Assembly (NCBI GenBank): GCA_002633005.1 | Contig: NMRA01000159.1 | Location: forward strand, 62,001 to 126,000 | Direction: 5' to 3' | Source: Phoronis australis | Lineage: Eukaryota; Animalia; Phoronida | Length of the DNA: 64,000 bases | In this document: positions 14,601-27,067 of the stretch, in pieces | Layout of the letters: the number at the start of each line of letters is the position of its first letter | Position numbering within the stretch: position 1 is the first letter of the stretch | Program-made: the position numbers and the translations under genes | Notes under the pieces: generated by a model | Told to the model about the DNA's origin: nothing | Seen by the model: only the letters and a program-made list of their open reading frames with translations | Databases searched by the model: none

Positions 14601-17600
14601 GCGTACAATTACTAACGTCCCATCACATACTTGTCCCAGATATTGATCCCAAGTGACTGAGCTAAGGACTCCAAACGGACTGTTGCTGGTCTGGTCTTAC
14701 TCATTGCTGACAAAAATTTATGGCCTGTGCTGTAACATGTCTTCTAATCATCATTGCGGCTAATGTGAGACACGTACGTATTCTTGTTTTTCTGGACACA
14801 AAGACTAAAAACTGCAGGTTAACAGTGGTGGGCGAAACGTGTCTATTGTTTGCATTCTAAGCAAGAGCTTTCTTAGAAATTGAATGTCTCACAGCATTCA
14901 TCTGTCGATTTACTCCATCCTTGCGAAAGGATGAGGGAGTTAATAATAATGTCTCATGATTAATGCGAAGATATTTTTAAGAAGTATCAAACCGCACTTC
15001 AGTCCAACTTTCAATTTGAGATTTTATATGCTTCGGAAACAACATTACTGTTAATGATTTCTAATCTTGAGTTCGGCCAAAACATAGCGAGTGCTTGTTA
15101 AGATTCAACACCACGAACTTTTATTTACACCACCAGCGACAAGAATTATAAATTATGGCCGCTTCAGTTTGTTCCGGAACTTTATTCATTTATTTATTTA
15201 AAATTCTTTAAAAGACTGGGTGACCACTTCAGTGAATACACTGATTTTCAAGTGGGCCCAGTCAGAAATAATCACATAGTGATTCACTCTGCTATTAGCG
15301 ACACTTTTCTTTTGAAATGTAAATCTTTTAAATGTAAAGACAGGTTCATTTTGCTGTAGCTATAAATAATTTGTTTGTATATTTGCGGCCTTCTTGAAAG
15401 TTTGTTTATTTCGTTCCCCTCGTCTTACCGTCATCCCTGTGATATGGGTAGGTTGCTAAGCAACATAAAATTCATTCTAACCACTCTTTATTGTCAGTAC
15501 AAACGTGTTTCACTTAAATATTGTTTTTCTGAGTCACACAATGTATTTTACCGCCAGATCACATGAGGGGAAACAAACTCAGTTTTATGTTACGTTTGAT
15601 GCAGTTTTGTTTCAGCATGTCCTTCAATCTGTTTAATGGTTTCGTCACCCAGCCGTTCATTGACTGCAAATTGCGTAGCACTCACACCGTGTATGTACAT
15701 TTCAGTGGAATGTTGTGGGGGCTTCCGCTTTTTCTTTTTGTTTGTGGATATCGTTTTCCTTTTCCTTTTGTGGGTAAAAGATTTGGTGGAGGGATTTGAA
15801 ATTGATAATATATGCTGTTTGCTTGCATGGTTAAGTAATTTGTAATTTAAGGATTTGAGTGTCTAGGATCAAGGCTTCTTGTTACTCTCAAAAATATTTC
15901 AGAATGAATGTAATTTAGGGTAATTGCTTTTGCGACAGGATGGTCTCTCTAACAAATGGTTTCCATGACTACAAGTTTCACACGTCAGAATGTGTGACCT
16001 TGTATTTGTTGGACTCACATGAAGGTTTTTGAAAGGTTTTACGCTTGATTGGGTTTCGGATGTGCTTTATTAAATGAGACAACATTGTCACAAATTTTAG
16101 TGGTTTTGGAGTTCTGGTGGATTGACCAGAGGTAGTGTCTTGTGGTGGTGTGGTCTATATGGTTTTGTCTCTTTTTTGTCGTATTGGGAATAAAATATTG
16201 ATGAAGAAGTTAGTAAGCACAGTCTGTTTGGGACTTGGTCATTCAAATGTTTTAGAACACATCTATTGTTACGGCACTCACTACTGGAACAGCAGACACG
16301 TGAAATTTTAATGTTTTGTCAAAAGTTCTCATCCAAGGTAATCTTCAGAAATATGACTATCCTTAGCGTGATTTGCAATGAACAGTTCTTGTCAAACCAA
16401 AACTTGAAGAATTTTTAGCATTCTTGGTACTATATCAATGTAGAAGTTAGTATAATTGAAAATTGTAATTTCAGCAAATTATTTTTGTGTGAAGTAGAAG
16501 AGATTGCTGTACTTTATGTTACAAAACAGTAACTTCCATCCATGGTTATAAAACAGTCATTGTGTTTGCCTGTAATGTGATATGTAATTTTTGCTCATGA
16601 TTGCAATATTTTGTTAACTTTTGTTACACATAATTGCAATATGTTAACTTTAATTTATTACACATGTAATATAACTTTTATTGCACGTGATTACAAGAAC
16701 TCCCATTGTTGTTGTTAAGTAAAGTGTTATATTCTACCAACCACGCATTCATTGTCTTATCTTAGGAACATGCTGACAAGGGCCCCAAGAACCGTGAGAA
16801 CCCCCACAAGTACCTGCTATACAAGCCCACATTCTCTCAACTCAACACCTTCCTGGCGTCTGGTATGAAGGAGTTACCCCCCAGTAGTGCCATGTTGTTG
16901 TATCTGTCCTCAGATGGGTCACCCCCGACACAGCCACAGGCAGAAGATGGTAAGTTGTGGCAGCCTTAAGGTGCTCAATGTATTCCCTGTAGCAAAATAA
17001 AGGTGACAAAAGATTGCAGGGGGCGGGGGTTGGGGGGGGGCAACCCTGGTCTCCCACTTTGGGTTTACCTGAATACCTACAGGTTATTAATAGGAGGGGT
17101 CTGAAGGNACCTGAACACCTACAGGTTATTAATAGGAGGGGTCTGAAGAAACCTGGATCTGCACTTTGGGTCAGTACCTGAATTATTAATGGGAGGGGGT
17201 CTGAAGAACCCTGGATCCTCACTCAGGATCACTTGACGAGGCCTTTATTTCACTTATCTCTAGAACCCAAGTGAATTCCTCCAAACCAAAGCCCTGTGAA
17301 AGATGTAGGTGAGGGAAATGACGGCCGAACCCATTAATTATAATCCCAAATAATTAGCGATAAACCCACCAACAAATCTAGCTGGCTTTCTTCACTTACT
17401 CATTCCTGGAACGTTCCTATTTTCATTGGACAGTGTACTTTGTGAGTACGATATTAAATTCTGTTTCAGTATAGCATAGATCTACACTGTATATTGTTCT
17501 TAGTCAAAGTGGTTTTACATCATGATGAAAGCTGTATGATTTTTAGAATTTAACGAAATAAATGTGATTTGGGGAAAATATTTTCATTTCTCGCAACATT

Positions 17601-20600
17601 GGGTCTGTAACTAAGTTCATAAATCACGCGATTATTGTAATTAGTCATATCAGAATTCACAATAGATGGCGCCACCTGGTGCCAAGCTCTGCACTGTGAA
17701 TTTCGAAACCCGCAGCATCTCATCATGTTTACCAGCCACCTTGTTACTATGGTAATATTCTACATATGCCAACATTTCTTTGCATAGGGACTTTGCAGTG
17801 TGCTTCCTCAAATATGAATGGACGTTGGCTATTACTTTGAATGTTGGCATGTTTGAATAGCTGCCCTTTCTAAATATTCAACTACACTCGGAATATGGGA
17901 ATTACATTTATTTTTTGCGTTGAAATATAAAGTAGGATTACAGTAAATGGGTTAATTTTTGTGTTATTTTGCAGGAAGTCATCAATGGCTTTATGATCCT
18001 GTTACTGTGGTTTGAATGTCGTTGCTAGATCACTCCTCAAGAATTGTTTTGAGTAGACTTGTAATATTGCAATAATGGGAGATGTAATTTCATGTAATCT
18101 GATGGTAAACAAAGAATCCAACCACTTAACTTGTTCAGACTTACTAGTGACAGTCTCTTCAATGTAGAGTTCTGAAATTTACCTGAACCAATTAATTTTT
18201 TGGCTATGTTTGACTTGGTAGCATTATTTTCTGATAAAGAAATCAGTTTCCACTGCCATTCATTTACCTAATGGATGGTACTTGAATGTGAAATTTGTCA
18301 ATGTTTACAAACATTGTAAGTTGTGTTGTGTGTCGCATCTTGCCATTCTTTCAGTGGCCTATGATCACGGAGGGGTATGCACCAACAATCGCCGTGACGA
18401 CGCTGGTCAGATAAAAATGCCAAACAAGAGGCCGCCTCTTACAAAAGATATCAATTGGTAGGTGTATGTTTGAACCAATGATATTTCATGCTGGTGGTTG
18501 CTTAATGCTTGTTTAAACAACGCGTTGCTTGTTGCTAGTGATTCGGGTTTATTTTATTTATTTGTTATTTAATGAAGCACTTGTACCATTTATGTCTTAT
18601 ATCAGTCTTCTAATCGTATCAAATGTATTGTATAGTATGTATTATAATATTGCTGTCACGTTGTTTCTATTCATCTCTTGTTTTATGTTGTATTCAAGTG
18701 TGTTGTACAGTGGCCCTCAATGTACAGTGGCCCTCAATGTACAGTGGCCCTCAATGAAGCGTCTTTTGTCTTTGAGGATCTCCGGCTTACATATCCCAAT
18801 GTGTTTTTTTGTTGTATTTCACTAATTGTTATTTTATATATAAGTTAATATTAAATGTATTACATCTCTCCCCCTCCCTCCCTCGCTCTGTCCTCGTGAG
18901 TTTTCGTAACGTTTGAAGTTTTTGCTTTAATTATTACTTGTGTCGGTATCTGTATGAAATACTGTGGCTGGGCTTGTTAATCCAGGAACCATTAGAAATG
19001 AATTTTTGCTCACCCTATAAAATCACTTTCTCATTATGAATTTCTTAGCAGATATGAATATAAGTATGTCTCAACCTTTTCATTCAGTCAATTGTGTATC
19101 AAATAAATCGTTCTAGCTTACACCCCGGCGACCTCTATCCATACCTACGGAAACCGCTCTTCCTCATAGTTGACAGTGACAACTCGATGGCGTTTAGTGT
19201 AAGTGCATTGTTTGACTGCTGTACAGATCTTACGGCTCAGATATAAAAATGGATCTTCCAGATGAACTCGACTTACTGTGGACTTTCAAGTTCAATTGAT
19301 GCTCACATTGTAATGAAAATGTGTCTGTCACAGTCACGTCATTAACACTGTCCTGTCATTACTTACAGCTGCTTAGTATCAGCCTTCATTCAAAATTCGA
19401 TGATTTAGATGTTGTACCATTGGCTATAATTGAGCTGGTGTCGACTTGTTACTCATTCAGGTTTTGGAAGAAATGGCCACTTTGTGTACTATTCAGTTGC
19501 GTTAGCATGGCTAGTCACTTTATGTATCTAATATGACCTTGAACTATAACGAACTACTAGTTCTCCTCAAGTTCAAAAATCAATTAACCAGTTTTTCAAT
19601 GTTATGACGACTGATCAAAATCAAATCGGATATTTTGGGAGTGCCGATTCATTGCATCTTTAATAATGCACGCATGTGACATTTTACATAAGGATTAAAT
19701 TTGCTCTTTGATCTCATGATGGGTATGGTAGTCCTAGATTTGATGACAGGGCAGGTAGCCCCAGACTTGATCCCAGGACAGGTAGCCCCAGATTTGATCC
19801 CAGGACAGGTAATCCCAGACGAGATCCCTGGACAGGTAGTCCCAGATTTGATCCCAGGACAGGTAGTCCCAGACTTGATCCCTGGACAGGTAGTCCCAGA
19901 CTTGATCCCTGGACAGGTAGCCCCAGACTTGATCCCAGGACAGGTAATCCCAGACTTGATCCCAGGACAGGTAGTCCCAGACTTGATCCCAGAACCAGTA
20001 GTCCCAGACTTGATCCCAGGACAGGTAGCCCCAGATTTATCCCAAGACAGGTAGTCCTAGACATGTTCCCTGGACAGGTAGTCCAAGACTTGATCCCAGG
20101 ACAGGTAGTCCTAGACTTGATCCCTTGCCAGGTAGACTTGATCCCTGGACAGGTAGTCCCATACTTGATTCCAGGACAAATAATCCCAGACTTGATCCCT
20201 GGACAGGTAGTCCCATACTTGATCCGAAGACAGGTAGTCCTAGACTTGTTCCTTGGACAGGTAGTCTCAGACTTGATCCCAAGACAGGTAGTCCTAGACT
20301 TGTTCCCTGGACAGGTAGTCCCAGACTTGATTCCAGGACAGGTAGTCCCAGACTTGATCCTTGGACAGGTAGTCCCATACTTGATCCCAAGACAGGTAGT
20401 CCTAGACTTGTTCCCTGGACAGGTAGTCCCAGACTTGATCCCAGGACAGGTAGTCCCAGACTTGATCCCTGGACAGGTAGTCCAAGACTTGATCCCAGCA
20501 CATGTATTCTTAACCTTTATACCTACCCTTCTTTCTTGTAGAGTTTACCCAACTTATTCAGTCAACCGTTGGTTTGCTTGTTGTCTCCAGAGGTCACTCC

Positions 20601-23569
20601 TGCACCTATACTAGGTGAGTGGGCCACTGTCAGTATGTGTAACAGTTGTCAGCTTACGTGAAGTCCTCTCACTTGCCTGTAGCAGCTACCACATCGGAGT
20701 CAGCATGGTTATAGGAGACGTGATAGTAATTATTGACTTGTGATCAGAGCCATCTATTGGGATTATTGACTGATGATCAGAGCCATCTGTTGGGATTAGA
20801 AACAAGAGTCAGTGGTATCATACATGTCACCTCAGCCTAATAGATGTATGGTCTGAGATATTACCTGAACACTTATGCTTTTCTGATCTGTCTGTAGTCA
20901 ACACAATGTACATTTACTTTCTGTCTCCTCAGTGAACGAAACGTCTGACTACAAACCCTACAATTCCAAATCAGTTGTTCGTAATCGAGTATCATGATTG
21001 TGAAAGTGTTTGGTTTGAACATGGATTTAAAACGGAAATATTTCTACGTATTTGTATGTTTTACAGTAAGTTATTCTGTGTTTTCTTGTTTGCCTTTTTG
21101 GCAAAAACTTTACAAGAAATGTCTCAACTTAGCGAGGTCCACTACATTCATGAAGAATGTGTTGTATAAAGTTTCATACTGTAGCTGTAATCATCATCAG
21201 TTTTATATTGACTGCTGAATAGTTAATTCATGAGTGTTTTATAATGTGTTTGTTACTTTGTTAGGTTATTGATAAGATTTCATGATTGACAAAAATGTTT
21301 TTGCAGTTGAAACTTGTACTTTCAAATTGTTTTTTTTTTATGTTTTTGGCAATGTGTTGCTGTCAATAGCAGTCTTCACACAATTAGGCCTACAACATAA
21401 GATTGTCAAAATGGGTTGTAAATGCTAAAAATACGGTAAACATTCTCCAATTTGGGACAGTCTCTAAAATTTGTGACAACGAAATTCAAGCTGAAGTCAT
21501 TTTTTGATACTGACATTCATCATGTTTCTCAAATATTTTGTTTTGAATCAGCAGAGTCTGAAAATAGACTTGGCAGTTCATAAAATTGTTGAAAGTAGCG
21601 TCCGATGCAACATTTTCGTGCATCCCCATGGTACATAACATCCAAGTGAATGGTTGTTTGTAAGTTGATCATCATTTTTGTCTATTTCTAAAATTTAGTA
21701 CAAGTTATGACCTTGACCAATATGATTAATTTTCACCTTTCCCAAACTGAGGAATTTTTACGGTAACTGAAATTCTATGGTGAAAGTTACTCTATGTTAA
21801 TACTTTATGACTACCTTCAGATCAGCGTCACCGTGGCAACATGTTCACTCTGTTCCTGTACAGCCCCCTGGAGGGAGTCTGCTTAACTAGTAATATTGTT
21901 GACATCTCCTCAAGAAACTGGGAGTCATGCCAAGGGATCATTGACAAGTTTATAGGAGAGGCAAGCCGTATGTTTACCAAAGCAAGAGATTTAGGTAATC
22001 ATGCTTTTCCCTTCAGTTATCGCTTGCTGAAAAATAATCTGTTGAGATTCTTGTGTTTAGTGGCTGGTTGAGGGAACTCATTTAAGTTTCACCGTTTGTC
22101 GTTTGTGTCGAAATGCGGCCAAGCTTTTCCTTCTTCTTGAAACCTCTACATAAGAGTACCAGCATAGTATGCATAAAGATGAGCTTTGATTCGATATCTT
22201 AGTTGTAATTTTTGTCTAGCAGATCAACAGCGTTTCTGCATGTTCAAGTGATCGCTGTTGTCAATGTAATTTTGATGCAGCCATTCTTGCATGTGAAATT
22301 GACCAAAAACACATGTTTGCAAAGGATCAGAGCCCAGGGTCTAATCTTTTCACTGAAGATAGAACTCAAAATTATTTTTGGCATCTTTCATTCTGTTTTT
22401 GGGAACTCAAGATGAATGTCCATATTTTATAATCGAGTACTTAATGCCTTATGTGGATGACAGTCTTATCCTAGTTTGCATTGAATGACCCCACCATTAA
22501 GGCTAAAAGCTCAAGTTTTTACTCGAAATCCTTATTTACTCGAGCACAGAATATAGACATTTATCTCAAATTCTAACAAAAGCAGAATGGGAAAGGTCAA
22601 AATTAATAACTTCTATTTGGAGTAGGATTAGATCTTGGCCCTTGTTTACAAGAAATGTCCTAATATGTACAGGTGCTATGTTTGTAGACATGGTATATAT
22701 GCAGTTCCTAGGCGATGACTTTCTTCGTCTGCTTCTCCTACGGTTCGTCTTCTGCTACACAGTCCTGCGGGCTCACAGGGGTTTCAAGGTGAGCGTGCAG
22801 CTGACTGGACGACCTTGGTGTTTTTAAGAAATTCTTCATGTTTTCAATGTGTAAATCTTGCAAAATTTCTCTCTCCAAGTCATTTACTGTACACGCGAAT
22901 AGGGTTAAAAAGTGACCCGGAATTCACCGGGGGAATCCAAATTCAGAGTAGCCTGCCGTCATGAATGAAGTGGAGTTGGCGATATTCGCTTACAGGGGTC
23001 CCAGATTTGGAAAACGAATTTGATGCCCATTATTCAGTGGAGAAAACAGCTTACATTAAAATGTAATAGCAGTGTAAGGGACCATTATTGGGAAATTAAC
23101 AGGAAAGTTAGCAAGGTGGCTAAGCCGTACTACATCTAAGCATTTTCTGTCCTATTAGCCATAGCCAGTCATTTTCGCTGCTTATAACAGAATTACGGAA
23201 TACAGTGTTTTGTTTGTTGATCATTTTGCATCACTGCCATGCCAAAGGACACAAGTGTTTTGAAAATTACTCGGCATCTGCTTTGAAAATTGCCGATGTT
23301 TTATGAGATTTCGTTAATTTTGAATACTATTGTATGATGCTGTGTTGTTAAACAAAAAGGTTACCTTCAATTTGAACTTCCATTAAATATGAACCAGTTG
23401 TGATGTTGTGACATTTTTGCAGGGCCAAACATATTACCCAGTGTCCTATCCTGCCCTGCCGACAGAAGATTTACTCCATCATCCTGCTCTACACAAAATA
23501 GTCCTTGAGCTAGTCACCTTGCTTGACGTACGCGGTCTGTATTTGGAGGCGGCTGAACTTCAGCAGTGA
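8619..23569 (+). CDS. SCAI: Protein SCAI (suppressor of cancer cell invasion), 5'-partial, 13 coding exons in window
   Basis: Phase-consistent AG/GT exons: 8619-8705, 9744-9842, 10353-10449, 10711-10809, 11864-12016, 12445-12570, 16766-16949, 18355-18457, 19117-19198, 20542-20614, 21821-21994, 22688-22788, 23423-23569 (TGA). The peptides YGLKRWQIGEIASKIGQLYYHYYLRTSE, KKLRYYARFIVVCLLL, KFSELTIDMFRMLQTLE, RENPHKYLLYKPTFSQL, CLHPGDLYP and FLGDDFLRLLLLRF match SCAI as I recall it. Exons for the N-terminus were not found in 1-8618 and presumably lie upstream. Confidence 0.95.
8734..9057. repeat. 27-bp minisatellite, 12 copies (AGGCCCAGACATCTGGGCTCAACAGTA)
   Basis: Visible tandem array starting about 28 nt after a SCAI donor; each unit contains the inverted repeat GCCCAGA-CA-TCTGGGC. 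Confidence 0.95.
9843..9956. repeat. 38-bp tandem repeat, about 3 copies, starting at a SCAI donor
   Basis: GCCACCTTTTGGATTTGTATTATAGTTGCACT at 9886 and 9924, plus a diverged first copy overlapping the GT at 9843. Confidence 0.75.
13820..14923. repeat. ~550 bp direct duplication either side of an N (probable contig-overlap artefact)
   Basis: 13820-14371 and 14373-14923 are near identical, and the single N at 14372 sits exactly at the junction. Confidence 0.9.
17067..17218. repeat. ~42-bp repeat array interrupted by an N (probably collapsed)
   Basis: ACCTGAAYACCTACAGGTTATTAATAGGAGGGGTCTGAAG on both sides of the N at 17108, plus a third diverged unit. Confidence 0.75.
18704..18756. repeat. 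17-bp tandem repeat, 3 copies (TGTACAGTGGCCCTCAA)
   Basis: Three consecutive exact copies. Confidence 0.9.
19726..20499. repeat. 27-bp minisatellite, about 28 copies (GGACAGGTAGTCCCAGACTTGATCCCW)
   Basis: Tandem array ending about 40 nt before the SCAI acceptor at 20541; it explains the DLIPGQVVP-type ORFs. Confidence 0.95.
21434..21763. mobile_element. TA-flanked MITE, family A
   Basis: TA|CGGTAAACATTCTCCAATTTGGGA ... TCCCAAACTGAGGAATTTTTACGG|TA; related ends at 37032-37319, ~57114-57326 and ~874-901. Confidence 0.7.
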
Positions 23570-26500
23570 TTTTCATCAGAGAGACCATCAACACATTTCG
23601 TCTTACCAGTGTTCGGTGTTAAATTGAAGCCTTAGAGCGATATATCAAACTCTAGAGATTATAACTTCCTTCAAGGACTTTAGACCTGTTTAAGAGTTTA
23701 ACAGTTAGTAATTTACGAAAAATAACTGCCGCTGGTTCACGACACTACTGTGTATTTCTTAGAAATTTTTGCGACCGTTGTCGGGTGAACTGTTGACAAG
23801 ATTCGAAGCGCAAATTATTGTAATTTTAAACTACGTACTAGTAAGTAATTGTTTATTAATGATTTCTGTCATAAGTGCATGGGCTTACATATTTTACTTT
23901 GTAATACTTTTGTTTTTATTTAATATTAACTGTATTGCGTTAAATGTGTGTCAGTAGAGCACGTCATTATCGAGAGTTTGTTATGTTGATTTATATTTCA
24001 TCGTGGCCAAACGGTTGTGAAGATATCGAATCTCACATTGTGTTAGTGATTTTTAAGAAGTCGTGTATCTGTGCCAGTCAGAGTATACTGATTGAAGGTA
24101 AATACTACCTTCATACCAAGGGTCATAATTTTTGTATACATTTACCTAGTACCCTACTAAATTGTATTTTCTAATCTTTGACAATTAGTGTCATTCGTGT
24201 AATATGATTTTGTGATTATCAGGAATTTGAAAACAGTTTCATGTTGGGTTAAGAGAACCTTCTTTTAAATTGCTTTTTGAGAAACATTTCCTTTGGAGGT
24301 GAATGTATACCTACTGTACCTTATCATCAATATATAAAATCATTATGTTGTGTCAAGGCAGCTGGATCACTTTTTTCAATCGTTATGTAATTTTATTGAA
24401 AGCGTCACATTCCACAAACTTAAATTAATTTTGAACAGGGTTTTCAACGTTTCCAGTTTTGTTGAACTAATTTCTATTTGTCGATTTAATTCCGAGTTAA
24501 CAAATGATGTCTGAACAGTGCTCAATGCTTTTATTCCACGTTTCTGACGGAATAAATTTGAATATCTTTGTGTCAAGCACTCTGCGTTTCTGTTCGCCCA
24601 CCGTAAATGCAACTGACACCTTATTCCTTAGAACGAGGCTCAAGAAGTTGGTAGATCTGGCAGGTCATTTTACACACAAAGCGTGCATGGCATGAACCAA
24701 TAATGCATAGCTGTCCCTCACACTGAAACCACTTCTTAGCCAGAAAGCTTGTTGGATCACTGCGTGCCGCTAGGTGGTCAGTAGCCAGCACGCAGGTATC
24801 ACTCAATTTTCCTCGGGAAATTTTTTTGCACCCACATTTCTGATTGGCTAGTCGAATTCTCAACAGGTAGCGCTGTACGCAAACAAACTGGCATGACTAT
24901 GAAGTGTAAATGTAGTCTGGTGTGAATGCAGTCTGTTGTACAGACAAATCGGTGCTTAAAATTTATGTTCAGGAAATGTGAATCCTAGAAATTGTGGTTG
25001 CGCCTTTTTGGAGGGCATCTTTCTGGTGTCAAGACTTTTGTTTACAATACTGTCCTGTATTCTTACAGTATGAATAACGCACCGGTTAAATCGGCCAGAT
25101 ATGTGTTTATTGTACATGTATATGCTTTAAGCACGCGGACATTAAACATCACTGCAGAAACGAAATAGTTGCTGCAACACCACTTGCATAAGGCTAAAAA
25201 TCATTCACAGTCCGCCATTTTTTCAGGGTGTTGTAAAGTTAACCAATGACTGCTGAGGTTACATCAACCAATGCTAAAGCGCGTGACATTGCGTGATACC
25301 TGCGTGCTGGCTAGGCACGTAGGGAACCAGCAAGAGCCAGAAAGTTGTTACGCTGACAGTCCTAAATCAACAGTCTGTATTTCCATAGCAGCTTTGTAAA
25401 ATTAACTTTAAATGCAGTGCGATGCTCCCATTTTCAGTTCATGCAGATGGTACAACTCCACTTACATGTACAACCACTAGGTGGTGTTGGATGACAGATA
25501 TGCTTATTACCATCAATTCAATCTTTTGGTGCAAGTGGAGTTGTCTCCCCTCCAGGCTTGAAGTGGACCTGCCACAATGTAAATATTGCTCTCCGAATGA
25601 AGCAGAAAACACTGTTCAACCATTCGAGACGAATTTAAAATGAACACAGTCAGTCATTTACAAAATTACTTAAAAGTGGCTACAAACCAGTATTCCATCC
25701 CAGAAGGGACCATTTGATTAAACCACAATAAAATTGGTCTCTACTCGTGTTCATTTACACAAGCGAGACTTAAGAGTTTGAAAATTCGTGATGACAGGTC
25801 AGCTTGTAGATCACTAACTGTAGATTCTGTCAAAACAGTATTATCTCTTAATTTGATTAAAGATCAATACAAGACCAATTTCATAATGATACCTGGGTCT
25901 AAATCATGTCGCTTTTCGTGATGGAGGGCGGGGCTTATTGCTACTTTTAAGATTTGAATGACAATTCAGTTAAAACAGTATACAATAAAACAATATTTCA
26001 AGTCGAAATAAAATAGATCTTGTTTTACTTGGTCTATATATTAAAATAGTGAAAACCACTAATGCATAGAAAAGTACATCCAGTCTGTGAGTACACATGT
26101 TCACTAAGAACACTGCGTCTACTTGGCTTGTGTGACAAAACAGCAAATGAAAAACCAAAATGTAAGGATGCAAATTCCAGAGGTTTGTACAAATCGGATG
26201 TGGTCATCAAACAAGGCCGTCCAGGGTGTGCAAGCCATTTGTTGCCAGAACGAAGCAATTTGTCTGCCAAACATCTCGTTAGATTGAACTATTCTCAACT
26301 CCTTTATTACACACAGGAATCTGTCGTTGAAAAACTTCGGAAAAGTAAACGTCATGGTACAACAAGGTAGTAATCAGTACATCGCTGGCCTTCTTACATC
26401 TTCATGAAATGGTCTAATGACACGTGGAAACTGGCAAAACACAATTCCGTCCCATGATTTTTCCTCGCTCTCAAACTACGTAGGCGAGACAGGGCCTTTG

Positions 26501-26737
26501 GGTGTGACCAAGCAAGTTGTTGTTAAACTCGGGAGAATGGCTTCAACTAATTGCAATCTGCAAATAGTCAGATCACAAGGTTCAACCCTCCAGCCTTCAC
26601 CGACTCTTGGACTTATTCCACAGTCTCCAGCAGTGTAATGAAAAAAATTAAACACCGAGGCTGGCTACTCCATGCACATGTAAACACCAGCACAGATAGT
26701 ATACACCAAGATGGTTAAAAAGAATTAAAGTATAATT

Positions 26738-26748
26738 TTTATTTTATT
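26738..26748 (-). terminator. Candidate BAG6 polyadenylation signal
   Basis: Overlapping AATAAAATAAA on the minus strand, about 320 nt after the stop codon. Confidence 0.4.
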
Positions 26749-27067
26749 AGCACATAACAATACAGGCTTGAATCGAGCGGTCTACCTTCGCGTTGAAGCC
26801 ACCTCACTTGTTTGTGAGTCAATGCTCAGTAAGGAGATAAACCTTAACTGTAGGTGGCAAACTCCAACAGCATCTGACGGCACCACTCATCAATAAATAA
26901 TAACATTCAACAGTTCTGAGGCTACTGCACTTGTATCCAAGCATAAAATTGTCTTCAAAACTCTCAAGGCAATCACATTTATCTCAACCATTAAAATATG
27001 TCGCCATACAGGCCCATGACAACAACAGGCCATCGGACTCTCCCAGTGCCTGTCATGACTAAGCTGT

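Noticed and set aside
13820-14923. Biological tandem duplication
   Set aside because: An N lies exactly at the junction and the copies are mostly identical, typical of unmerged contig overlap.
17018-17040. G-quadruplex-like tract near a SCAI donor
   Set aside because: Only three G runs next to an assembly gap; homopolymer lengths are unreliable and nothing indicates function.
19701-20614. Repetitive ORFs (DLIPGQVVP, GSSLGLPVL) suggesting a structural protein
   Set aside because: They come from a 27-bp array open in several frames on both strands inside a SCAI intron; SCAI exon phases are complete without it.
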